Source: Bugula neritina (taxonomy: Eukaryota; Animalia; Bryozoa). From it: a stretch of DNA of 64,000 bases. The stretch is from contig OZ037767.1 of NCBI GenBank assembly GCA_964035545.1, positions 17,822,059-17,886,058 on the forward strand, in the 5' to 3' direction. Both the position numbers and the translations under genes were made by a program. Shown here one piece after another: positions 35,528-48,500 of the stretch. Position 1 is the first letter of the stretch, and every line of letters starts with the position of its first letter. Under the pieces are notes generated by a model that ran no database searches, had not been told where the DNA came from, and saw nothing but the letters and a program-made list of their open reading frames with translations.

Positions 35528-37880
35528 CAACTACCATCTCTAAATTGTGTTTTAGGATGGAATTACCCTTGGGGTGGATACCAGGGCTACATAATATACT
35601 GTGTGTCAGTTTGAGATGGAGGGAACACACCAGTGAGGACTACAGCTGTCGTCTCTACCCCTTCACCTGTGCTAGTAGTGGTGAGACAGTACTGCTCCTA
35701 TAAATACTACTAGGTGTGGTGAGACAGTACTGCTCCTATAAATACTACTAGGTGTGGTGAGACAATGATACACCTACTTATAATTTTTTTTCTTGAACTA
35801 GAACAGGCCATTTTACCACTTGTAGTCATTGCGAATTCAATTGCAAAGCTAGAACGACTTGGCTATATAGCAGGCTACAATAGTTAGCTATTAAGCCTTT
35901 ATTTTAAGCTATTTATAGCAAGCAGATGACAAATACAATTAGTAATCAGTATTCTATTATAAGGCATAAACCCATAAGGTAGCTATTTTGTATTGCATTA
36001 TATTCAAATTTTGTTCTTTTGATAGTTTATAGTGCTGTAGCTTCACTGAATAATGATATTTCTTGTATTTATGTTTTGTATTACTGTCAGTTGGTCATGT
36101 GTTATATAGTTGACATTGTTTAATAGATTTTACAGTTAGTAAAGGTTGGACGGTTAGAAATAAAGGATAAGTCCAGCCTCCCAGGCCTAGTAGTTTATTC
36201 AGTGGCAAATGAGCATCAGACTCTACTTAAGGTCATAAGTCTTGACAATGAAAATTTTATACTACTGTTGCAGTGAGCCCACTAACTCTCGAGACTGTCA
36301 TGGTTGCCGGAAAGGCTGGTATGCCAGCTTTGAGAAGATTTAAACAGAGCAGTTCAACTTCTTCCATATCAAAGAGCAGAGGTTGAAAGGCTAGAAGGTA
36401 ACATTATGCTGCAGTTACTGTAAATAATTGCCAATTTACACACATGTGACTATGTCTATGTACTATGACTATGCTGACTAAATTGTTTTAATTTGTGCTG
36501 ATAACTTTCTGTATTATATATCCTGAGGTTTTATTGAATGATAAATTTAACTGACAGTTGGTTTTACTCTGCTATTAATTCAAAGACATGGCAACTAACT
36601 CTAGGAAGTGTATAAAGTTAGTAATGCTGGTTTGGATTATACTTGTCATAATTCATTATATTCTGTTTGTAGAATCTCTATAGAAGCATCTATTCTTCAC
36701 CTGCTGCTCAGCATAACGTTACGCGCCAACCCAGCAGATGCTTTTCATTTTAGCCAATCAGTTCAGCCCAAGTGAAGCACTAATATATCCAGCCTTGGAC
36801 TCTAGCTATAAGGTGACATGTGCCATGATACCGACATGAGTTCACAGGCGCCTTTTGCAGCAGGATATAATTTGACATGGTTTTTTGATATGATGGACCA
36901 ACCGCTGCACCATACTATAACTATTACATTTTATCAAATGTATTTAGGCTTGCAAATATTGTTAATATTATATATAATAATTTTGCCTTGTTTCATAATC
37001 ATTATTACAACATTTTCTATGGTGTTTATGAAAGTATTTTATTTGATTTGTTTTCAAAAGCGACCATAAATGTAAGGTGTTGTGTTATGCCAAGTGGAAT
37101 TGTTGGTGAAGAGGCCCTTTTTGTCTGCAAAGAAAAATTGACAGGATATCACTTATCACTTAGCACTTAGCACTTATATGAAAAGAAAAAAAACTACTGT
37201 CATGCATGAGAAGTGCAGTATGAAAGGGGAACAGTATGGAAAGGGTTGGTAGTCACTGCACTAACCTTTCCTGTCGAGATTTGTTTTGTCCTAAGGTCTG
37301 ATGTAATCTTTTATGTTGTTAACGCAGAGGTCAACGTAGGTACCTGGGCCGATGTCATTGAATATTCCAACCACTGAACTGAAACTATAATTATAGTTCA
37401 ATGATTCCAACACCGGCTTAAACTACAAAAGTTTCAAGACTTCAAAGAAAGAGAAAAGTGAACTGCTATAAGAGGACAGCAAAACAGGACAACAAGAATT
37501 ATAACAAAGAGAAGAGAACAGGACAACAAAGTTAATAGAATGATTTCTACATGCTACATAATACATTTCGAGCACTTACATGATAGGTTTCTATCCATTC
37601 TCAAAGACAGCCATAGCAATTAGGGAGCAGGAACCCACGGTGCTGCAACGTACGACGTCAGAGGATCCATGAGAGCATATGGTGGAGAGTTTGGGGCCTA
37701 TAGGGTCCACTCCAAGAAGTAGAGACTAAAGACAGCATGCCAGCTTATCAGCAGTAGATGTTTGGTGCCATAATATGTATCATGGAGCGATTCTTGCTAG
37801 CTATCACAGTATCTTCTGTAGCCTTGGTATCCATGCCCAGGATAACTCCATCCTAGAACACAGTCAATAGATGCAAGTCA

Positions 37881-40800
37881 TGTAAACTCAATACTTCAGC
37901 AACTAACATTTCCTATTTTTATTATGGCCATAACAATTGTTGAACAATAATAACCCCTAATCCACAAACAACTTTGTCTTAAACTGAATTTATTAACTAT
38001 TTTTCAACAAATGAAAAATGAAACTTACCTTATATATTATCCCACATATAGTTGTGCCAGTACTGTAACCTTTTGGTGCTGTAAAACCCTCAGATGAAAG
38101 GTGAGCATTTCTAAAATAACCAACTCTCAGGTTAATTCCTGTTGCTTGAAGAGAGATGTGCGTTTCCAAAGACTGAATGAAGAGAGAGCTGAAAGTGCAG
38201 GGTTTATATTAGTCTAGAAAATAGCTTTTTTCTGGAATAGCCAAAACAAGCAAATAACACAACATAGAAAAGCATAATGTAGCTAACATAGCCTAATGTA
38301 GCTAACATAGCTATGTTAATAAAATCAAAGCTTTAATGATTCAACAAAAGCTTTCCATGCTCATGTACTGTCCAAACAATTTTCATGCCTTACAGTGTAC
38401 CTGTAAAAGCATGTATGCCCAAATGTCAACAGCCAATGAACTATGCACAATAGTTGATGTGGACAACATATTTTCTCCCTTATAGTGCAGTAGAAATATA
38501 TATAACACAGGAGTTACCAACCTTTCCCTAATATTCCCCCCTTTCATGAATATTGACTATTAATTTCCCCCTTTTGACAAACTGTGAAAATTTTTATAAC
38601 TGGCATCATGATAATATAGGATACAACAATATACATCATATGAAAAGTGAAGCAGTATTTACAGCTCTAAATCCTGCATGGCACACTAACAACTATCAAG
38701 ACAAACATCCACAATAAAAGTGACTTTAAAAACAACAAAATTTAGTTGAAGCATCAAAAACCAGTTTTAGAGACTATAGAGAATAAGAACATTGTATATA
38801 ATGCATAGTACCAGAGGCATATAGTTTAAATGTGAGACTTTGGCAGAATTAAGCTGCTACTGGTAAAACCCATTCGCTAGTAATTTAAAATTGGAAAATT
38901 CAGCCGATTGGGGTAAAATAATATAATTAGGGTATAAAAGTAGATATCAACCACCAAGGGTATGTATAATCAGGTTAAGATAAACCGCATAAAACATCCA
39001 GGCCATACCAACTTATAGAGAAGCAAAATAATATATCAGTTCAACTTTAGTCAAATTTTATTTGTAATTCTTGAAAATATAACTCGATGAAAAGTTTGAA
39101 ACTGTTTACTGGTAAAATTGTGATTAATTAAAAGTTTTCAAATAATTCTATTGTAAGTAGTTTAATCAAGGATTCGTGTTATATACTTAATAGGAATTGT
39201 TGGGACTTTACATAAGTTGGGAAAGCTGTTCCCTAATGCATTATAGCTTTTCACGTATTATTACAGCTATGCAAGCTATATTACAATTTTCCGACACTCA
39301 TTACGGCTACTCAACAATAGCTGACCTTTTTGACTGGTATAACAACCCAGTATTTTCGTCTACCTTTAAGCTTGCGTCTTGCAACTACGCTTACAACTTA
39401 TGATGTAAAGGCTTTTACATTGCTACTTTCTTTTAGACTGCTACAATAAATATCTCTATATATTAAAAACAACAGGAATTACCTCCATATAGCTCATCCA
39501 GCGGACACATGTGAAGAATAATCTAGAATGACTTTGTCCAACTTTATACCCAATTGGTTGGTTGTCTAGTAGATGACCATGTGACCATCACAGCAGTTAC
39601 TGCAAGAATAAAGTAGTCTATAATTATGTGGTGTTGCATATCACGAAAAACAATGAAATAAAATACTAAATATATAACATATTTTATAAAAACATTATTG
39701 AAGAAAGCAACAAAAGTAAAAATGGAGAACAACAGGGGGGAATTCACCTTTTTTATTGATGTATAGGTGTACAGAAGAGTGTCACACTTAATTAATTTAA
39801 AAAAATGATCTGTTGAAAGAGCCATAACCAAAAATCAAAAATGAAAGCCTGACTTCGTTTTCTTACCACAAGCAAGCATAGCACTATGTAAACTTATATT
39901 ATTTAATAAGAGGTTTTCACACATTCAGCAATAAATTGACAAAATAACAAATATGATTGAAGAGTGCTCATTTAGTTGGAATGAGGTTTGGTAGTATTTA
40001 CAAGCTCCAAAATCAAATGAATTACTGATTGATGGTGTTCAATGAAGGCAATGATTTTATTAACATGAAAGTAAAATCCTAAAATAAAATCCCAATCATG
40101 TGCTGATTTCTCATCTCTTCAGTCAAGTTTTGTATGGAGCTAGGGTAAGGTTGGCAAGAGCTATTACAATAGGCTGTTTTAACTTTCATTAGAAACACGT
40201 ATGGCAATTCTTGAATGAAATAAACAGCTAAAACTTTTAAAGCTAAATATAACGAGAGAAAATCAGCCAAGTGTTACGGCAGAATTAATCAACAGTGGAC
40301 TTCATAGCTAACAGAACATATAGTATCAGTATTTTATGTGCCGAACAGAACAGTTTCATTTTAATCATCACTCTATACAGTTTTATGTGCACAGCTTCCC
40401 AAAGTTATATATTCTACACCTTACACAATTATATTGCAACTTTTATCAAAAGCACATGCTTCAGTGTTTGAGTAGTAACGCTTGTTATGCTTATCCTAAA
40501 TCATACTTTGTCCAAGGGAAGGTAGAAAAAGCTGAATCTAACATCATTTATGAGAGTAGCTATCCCTTGGTAGTAACTTTATGAATGCTAAAACCTACTA
40601 GCACATAATACAGGAAAAAAGCAAATATTGTTACAATAAACAATTCATTTAGACACAAACCTGAACAGATGAAAAGTTTCGTTGAATCAAACACAGAGAG
40701 AAGACAACTTCTAAATGGCATCTCATGGATTTAAAACCAGTCTTGATAGCAAGGGAACTTTTATCTGCATGTGGTCAAACACAACTACAAAACAGACAAT

Positions 40801-42323
40801 AAATATTCTAAACTACCTTAATATATAAAACATTTTATTTTAATTTGCTAATACAGTAAATGTTTGCAGAGCTGAGATACTAGTCTAATGCCTACAAGTG
40901 ATTAACTTGAACAAATTCACAAGACTTGGAGTTAACAAGACTAAAATAATAAATAAACCATAACATTGTTACTACCACTTCAAACAGAAATAGATATACA
41001 TGAATTATGGACATCAGTTATCAAGAAGAATACAAGAAGCACAAGATAATTCTTCCAATACATCGTGTAAAACTAGTAAAATTGAAACCACAGAGAAAAT
41101 TATTGCAGATAATAAATACCTAACTATAACCAAAATGGGGCTCTTAGAACTGACCACAGTTGGCTAGTTCCTATCTTCCTGGTGTAGACCATATGTTCTC
41201 TAATGTGCGAATATCTGAGCTGCTCGGAAACATTCTAAAAAACAAAACAAATTTGACAAATTGAAGTTGTTGAATAAATGATGACAGACATGTATGAGAC
41301 ATATTATAGACTGTAGAATCTAGAGTATGGGAAATTTGTATCATGATAAAATAAACTTAGTCTACAGAACCAGGAAAGACACTTCTTTGAATCAGAAACT
41401 TTTTCAGTTGAAACAACGTGAACTGAATATTCCACTTTTTAACTTCGAGGAATGATTATGACTATAATGAGTATGTAACTGAAATAAAGTCAAACAAATT
41501 GAATTATTGGGTAGGAATTAGAATTTATTGCACAGTTATGGCTATTTTGAAAAGAAAATTTGATTTCAATTATGCGCCATACAGTACAGAGTGGCAAATC
41601 AATGAATTAAAATCATAAGCTTGTACATGTGGTGAGCAAAGCAACAGCCGCACTATTACAGAAAGGTCATTGTAGAATGTTACTGTAAATATTTGTGCGA
41701 AGTTTAATACTCCTGCAGAGGGGTTGATATAGAATCACAAAAATTATGTCTAATGATCATATATCACAACAAAATACCGTAATTATTAAAACGGCATTAT
41801 ATTAATAGATAAATTAACCATCCCTTCAGTGTGGATAACAATAAATTAAGGCAAGCAGATAAAATCAAGCTGAAGACAGGTCTATTGTAAAATGAAAAAT
41901 TTATAGAATGAAAATGAAAAAGAAACTTTAAATGCTGAAATAAAAAAAAAATGATACCAGCAAAAATGGCTTGGCATATTATATAATTAGTGGTACAGCA
42001 GCACCAATATTATGCTTAGACAAGAAATTATCCCAAAGGATAAATTTTCAACAAACTAAAGAAATGAGAAAGACTCACTGCATCAACTATTAGCTAGAAA
42101 ACCTATATCAAACTAAAAGCAGTATAACAGCTAGGGTGCTAAAATGTATAGCTCACTATTTGTAGTATTATACTAACATTTTTATTCTTAGTATTGATTT
42201 TGTGGTTTAGTTCAACAAACCAGAGGAGAACAGGGTAGAATTGTTACCTTGAAATCAAGCCAATTTAAAGCCAAGCTAAATTGAGATTCATTATATAAGA
42301 TTTGCAGCTGCATTTACTCAATT
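37881..42323 (-). repeat. Duplicon copy B (-), inverted partner of copy A, with a ~600-bp insertion at ~41575-42180
   Basis: e.g. 37881-37945 = rc of 35460-35527; 39190-39610 = rc of 33930-34350; 41130-41240 = rc of 31890-32005. Confidence 0.88.
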
Positions 42324-42519
42324 GAGGGCTTTAAATATTTGTTTTTGTTTTCAGAAATTTTTTTAAAAGTTTTTGAACTTGTTCATTGAGCTAAAACATA
42401 TAAAATACTATAAATTAAGCTCATGAATTACAACCATGTTCAGTGCCAGTGAGATGCACAGAATAAAAAGTGTCCATCATTGAAACTGTAATTAAATTAA
42501 ATTAAATAACAGCTACAAC

Positions 42520-45500
42520 TTTTAAAACAAAATAAAACGACAGAAAAACAGCCATGTGTTACGGTAGTGTTAATCAACAGTGGATTTCATAGCTAATAGG
42601 AGCAGATATAGGTCAACTGAGTTCACCTAACTGCTTAGCACTGGAAGTTTTACTAACTCCAAGTGTTGGTAGTGAAGGTTAGACAACACAAACTTAATGA
42701 AAGGAAGAGTAAATATTGTTGCAGTAATTAGCAATTAATTTAGACGCAAACCTGAACTAATGAAAAGTTTTGATGAATGAAACACACAGAGAAGACAACT
42801 TCTACATGGGTCTTGATGGCAATTAGGTGACTTCTATCTGCATGTGGTTAAACACGACTACAAAACAGACAATAAATTTTCTAAAATACCTTGATATATA
42901 AAACATTTTATTTTAATTTGCTAATAGTAAATGTTTGCAGATCGAGCTGAGATACTAGTCTAAAGACTACAAGTGATTAACTTGAACAATTCCACAGGAC
43001 TTGGAGTTAACAAAACTAAAATTATGAATAAAAGATAACATTTTTACTACTTCAAACAGAAATAGATAAACATGAATTATGGACATTAGAATACAAGAAG
43101 TACAAAATAACGATTTGCCTATCATTTAAAATTGGTAAAATTGAAAACAGAGAAAATTATCGTAAATAATAAATACCTAATTATAACCAAGATGGGGCTC
43201 TCAGAACTGACCACAGTTGGCTAGGTCCTATCTTCCTGGTGAAAACCATTTGTTTTCTAATGTGTGAATATCTGAGCTGCTCGGAGTGATTCTAAAAAAC
43301 AAAACACATTTGATAAATCAAAATTGTTGAATAAATGATGACAAGATATATATGAGACATCTCATAGGTTCTAAAATCTAGAGTATTGAAAATTGTATCA
43401 TGATAGAATCAACATAGTCTACAGAACCAGGAAAGAAACTTTTTTGAACAAGAAATATAACTTGTTTTTTATAGTTATAGCAGTTTAAACTGAATTTATT
43501 CCACTTAAACTTTTTAATTTCGAACCATGATTATGACCATGATGAGTATGTAACTAAAATAAAGTCAATCAAAATAAATCATTCAGCATAAGTTGAACGT
43601 TATTATAGCGAGAAAAAAATTAAAATATTAGATTTCAATTATACTTTTATCCTTAGTATTGATTTTGTAGTTCAGTTCAACAGACCAGAGTAGAACAGGG
43701 TAAAAGTTATGTCAAAGTCAAGCCAATTTGAAGCAAAGCTAAACTGAAATTTATTATAACTATAATTATAAGCCTTGCAGTTGCATTTACTCAAATGACT
43801 GCAGTATCAAATTGACTAGAAATGGGTAGCAGTCTATCAATTAAATAAAATAATCAATGTGAATTCCAAGCCTATGACTAAATACAGATCAACAATCAGT
43901 AAACTAAAAGATAATGCTGATAAAAAGTTATTAAATGACATGCTAAACAAAGGTTTACCTTGGTAAGATGACCAAACAATTTCAGTTGCACGAACATTCA
44001 CTATGAAGAGAAATTTACTACAATGACAGTACAGCAGACGTGCTCAGTCATCCGTAACCAATCATTGCTCAGTCGTCTGTAACTGATCACGTGATTATTG
44101 GGGCATGCGCTACATCTCATGACTCACTTCCAATGGTGTTAGCAATTCAGTGCAATCTGTATGCAGCAAAAAGAGCAATACTAGTTTTAGTGCTATATAA
44201 GATTCTATGAGGCCTCAAGTTTCAGAATATAATGAAGGGAAAACAGAGATGTAGCAATCAAATACTTTTAAAAATTTGTCCTCTTTATGCAGCATTATCA
44301 ATCATGCTTAGAGCAAAATAAACAGGAAAAGATATCACTATGCTAAATTACCCATTAAGAAAAGAAACACAAATTCACGACACAAAGAGACATAAAGTAA
44401 TTGAACAGGTGAGCTAAGAAAACTGCTTGTTCTAGAAGCCATTCAGTGTAGCAACTTGGTGTTTTGATTTTTGGAATTTTTATGGAGCTTTATCATCTTT
44501 CTAACCATTCACCATTAAATCACTAATTTCTGTTATTGAATGCAACTAGAGAGTAGCATGAGGTTAGGGACCTACAGCAAAAGGCCAGGGTTTCACTTGC
44601 CCTTGCTTAGTCCCAACTCTGACTACTGTTTGCAGGTAAACATTGAAATACTTGTTCACATGTGTTGGGGCAGGTCATGGTCATGAATTACTAGACAACC
44701 TGTATAGCATTAAGTTTACTATAAGATGTGTATACTGTCACTGCCTATTAAAACAACATTTGTCAATAATAATTTTAAATAGCATGATTCTTAGGATGAG
44801 GAAAATTTTTACTTAATGCAATCTCATATTTCTAAACATTTATAGTTCTCAATAATTTAAACGTATACTGGAAGTACATCAAACTTGAATATTTGATAAA
44901 TAATAGTAAGAGAAGTCGAGGCTATGATATAACAACAGAGAACAATTAAAGGACTGGAGAAAATAAAGATTAAAATAAAACATACCACGGACAGATAAAG
45001 ATGAGGCTTACAGGGATGGGAAGAATAACACAGAGAGAAAAAGAGTACAGGTTGCTGTTCCTCTGCCCATTCTGTAACACAAAAAATAGTAAATAAACTT
45101 GTTTAAAATACAATAGAAAAAAGGAAGCAATAGAAACATCACCTGTAGAATTTTTTCTATCAAATTGACAAATTTATTAGCAAATTCCAAGCATTCAGAA
45201 AACAGTCAACACTATGCTAACACTGTATAGGAGTATATATTATATATAAAGTTTGCAACTGGTTAAATAATTGAACCAACATCAAAATTCTCTACTCGTA
45301 TAATACAGATGTGTGATATAAGTAGGAAAACTAGTAACGCAATGAGTCTTGTGAAACAACTTACAGAGAAGTAAAATGCTATATCGGTTTAGCTTGAGTT
45401 CAACTATAATTGGTAAGCCTAGGGCCACACGGCGCGTATTTTCGCGTGCGAAAATTGAAATCACAAGTAGCAAAGGTGTCCACTGTGCGCGTTGAGAAAA

Positions 45501-48500
45501 CCTTCGCACTTGTCGCTCTGCATTTTCAACGCAAGTGCGAATCGTCTCTGTTGTCCTCACCTAATTGGCTGGTAGTTATTAAGCGAGCCCAATTTCTTTA
45601 TTTATCGCTAAATTCCAGTAAATTGCGTTTTATTGAAAGCGAGTGCGATTTAAAAATGAAAGCTTTATTTATCACGCATCACTGACGCTACAGTGGACAC
45701 CTTTGCTACTCGTGATTTTAATTTTCGCATGCGAAAATACGCACAGTGTGGCCCTAGGCTAACTCTTGAAAATACAACTTGATGAAAAGTTTGAAACTAT
45801 TTACTTGTTGAATTGTGATTAAATGCAAATTTGTGAACAATTCTATAGATAAATAGCTTCATCAAGGAGACATGTTATACTTAATAAGTATTACCTCCAT
45901 ATAGCTCTTACAGCTCACACATGCCAAGAATAATCTAGAATGAATTTGCCGAACTTTATACCCAATTGGTTGGTTGTCTAGTAGCTGACCATGTGACCAT
46001 CACACCAGTTACTGTAATAATAAAGTAGTCTATAATTATGTGGTGTTGCATATGATGAAAAACAGTAAAATAAACATAAAATTCTAAATACAGCTCATTT
46101 ATTACAACAGCAGTAGGGAAAACCAAAAAAAATGAGAAATGGAAAAATACAAAACAATCATATTTAATCTTGAAGATTAATCATTACTCAAATAAGTAGA
46201 AGAGTGTCATCATGCTTAATTAAGTTGAAATATGATTTGTTGAAAGAGCCATAACTTGATAAATAATAAAGCTAGCAAATATACCTGATTGTTACCAGCA
46301 AGCTAAACATAGTTACCAAGTGAGAACAAAATACTTCCCTAGTCTGGAGGCTGCTGAGTCACAATAAACTGATCAAACTATTCTTACTGACAGAGCAGAC
46401 AATTTGAAAGTGTGAGCCTTTGAATATCCTAAAGAAAACAACTACCTCATCATATTCCAAGAAACTGAGAGAAGACAACTACATTACGAGAGTTCAGGAA
46501 AACAAAAAGAAGACGACTTCGTAATGGAACTTCGGGAAAACAAGAGAAGACAACTACATGATGAAACTTTAGGAAAAGACGAAAAGACAACTACATTAGG
46601 AACAAGCAGCAAGTTGAACGAATTCCTATAAGAAAAGTTGGCAGAGAATAAAATTATAACCTCACGTGAAACAGTATGGTACATTATTGATTATAACCGA
46701 AGATACACTATAGAATAAATACATCTACATACATATGTGGATTTAAATTTATAGAATGTGGTTAAAAACCACAAGTTTTCTTTATAAATAACTAGAATAG
46801 TCAGAATGTGACACAACATTGTAAACATCATAGTTTGGAATGTTTTACAATATTGGAGAAGATGTTAAATATTAGAAGAAATTATAAATCGGAAAACAAC
46901 ATCAGTAGATTAAAACACTGAAGGGAGCTAATCTAAAAAATACTAAGTAGAAACAAACAACAGCTTTCACACTGATGAGAAACTGTCAACAGTCTGAAAT
47001 AGCAAAAGTGACAACTAAGAGCCACAGAGGCAGCATTATCTAAGATACTTCCAACATGCATCACAAAACATGCCAAATAAACTGAAAGAAATGAATCAAC
47101 ATATTATAGACTGCCGAAACAAAAAAAATTAACTAAGCAGAATCGGAAGGGACAGAATGCATGGGAAGACAGCAACAGCTGTTAACAGACAATATTAGTG
47201 GCTTGAATATGCACCAACTAATAGATATAGCAGTAATGGCCTAGTAATACTAGACATACTAGGTAAATTATGCATGCAGATCATATATAATAATGGTGGT
47301 AACCTTTTACTATACTGTAATCGGTGTTAGTAATGACAATAAATTATGCATATTATATTATTTACAAAATAAAATGCCTAAACGAAAATTCAAAAATGAA
47401 AGCCCGACTTTGTTTTCTTACCACAAGCAAGCACAGCACTATGCAAACTTATATTATTTAATAAGAGGTTTTCACAAAGTTAGCAATGAATTGACAAAAT
47501 AACAAATATGATTGAAGAGTGCTCATTTAGTTGGAATGAGGTTTGCTGCTAGCATTTACAGGAAACAGCTTAAACAACTTCGAAATCAAATAAATTGCTT
47601 ATTGATGGTGTTCAAAAGAGGTAATGACTTTATTAACAAGAAAGTAAAATCCTAAAATAAAATCCCAATAATGTGCTGATTTCTCATTCTTCAGTCAAAT
47701 TTTGTGTTAACATTCAGACAAACAAGGAGAAGATGCATATAATTTCACTTCTACTGAGCTCATATTCTCCTGGCTATATGTTCCTACACCCTATTAAAGA
47801 TTTAGACATGCGAAAGATTATAACCAGCTAACCTCACACTTCAAATAGAGTAGTATGTAGTACACCTCAGTCTGAAAAAAGCTCAGGTCAAGCAAAGATC
47901 AAACAACTCCAACTAATACCAAACCATCCAGAAGGAATAATATGAAGCAGCCATCAGTAACCTATAAGTGAAACAAACCAACACTGAGTCTGAGTCACTC
48001 AGGTTGCAGACGCATCTAAAGCAAATGAAGCTGTAAAGGTATATATATGGCATCTTTCTATATGGAGCTAGGGTAAGGTTGGCAAGAGCTTTTACAATAG
48101 GCTGTTTTAACTTTTATTAGAAACATGTTTGGCAATTATTGAATCAAATAAACAAATAAAACTTTTAAAACAAAATAACATGACAGAAAAGCAGCCATGT
48201 GTTACAATAATGCTAATCAACAGTGGATTTCATAGCTAATAGGAGCAGATATGGGTCAACTGATTTTACTTCACAGCCGTGCACTGGAAGTTTTACTAAT
48301 TCGAAGAGTTGGTAGTGAAGGTTAAACAACTTCAACTTAATGAAAGGAAGAGTAAATATTGTTGCAATAAGCAATTAACTTAGACACAAACCTGAATGGA
48401 TGAAAAATTTCGTTAAATCAAACACAGAGAAGACAACTTCTACGTGTTGGCTTGTGAGCATCTCACAGATATAAAACTGGTCTTGATAACAAGGTAACTT

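Noticed and set aside
45008-45070. Signal-peptide-like 20-codon ORF MGRGTATCTLFLSVLFFPSL (minus strand; paralogue ~50696-50758)
   Set aside because: Too short, no downstream coding exon found, and conservation is explained by recent duplication.
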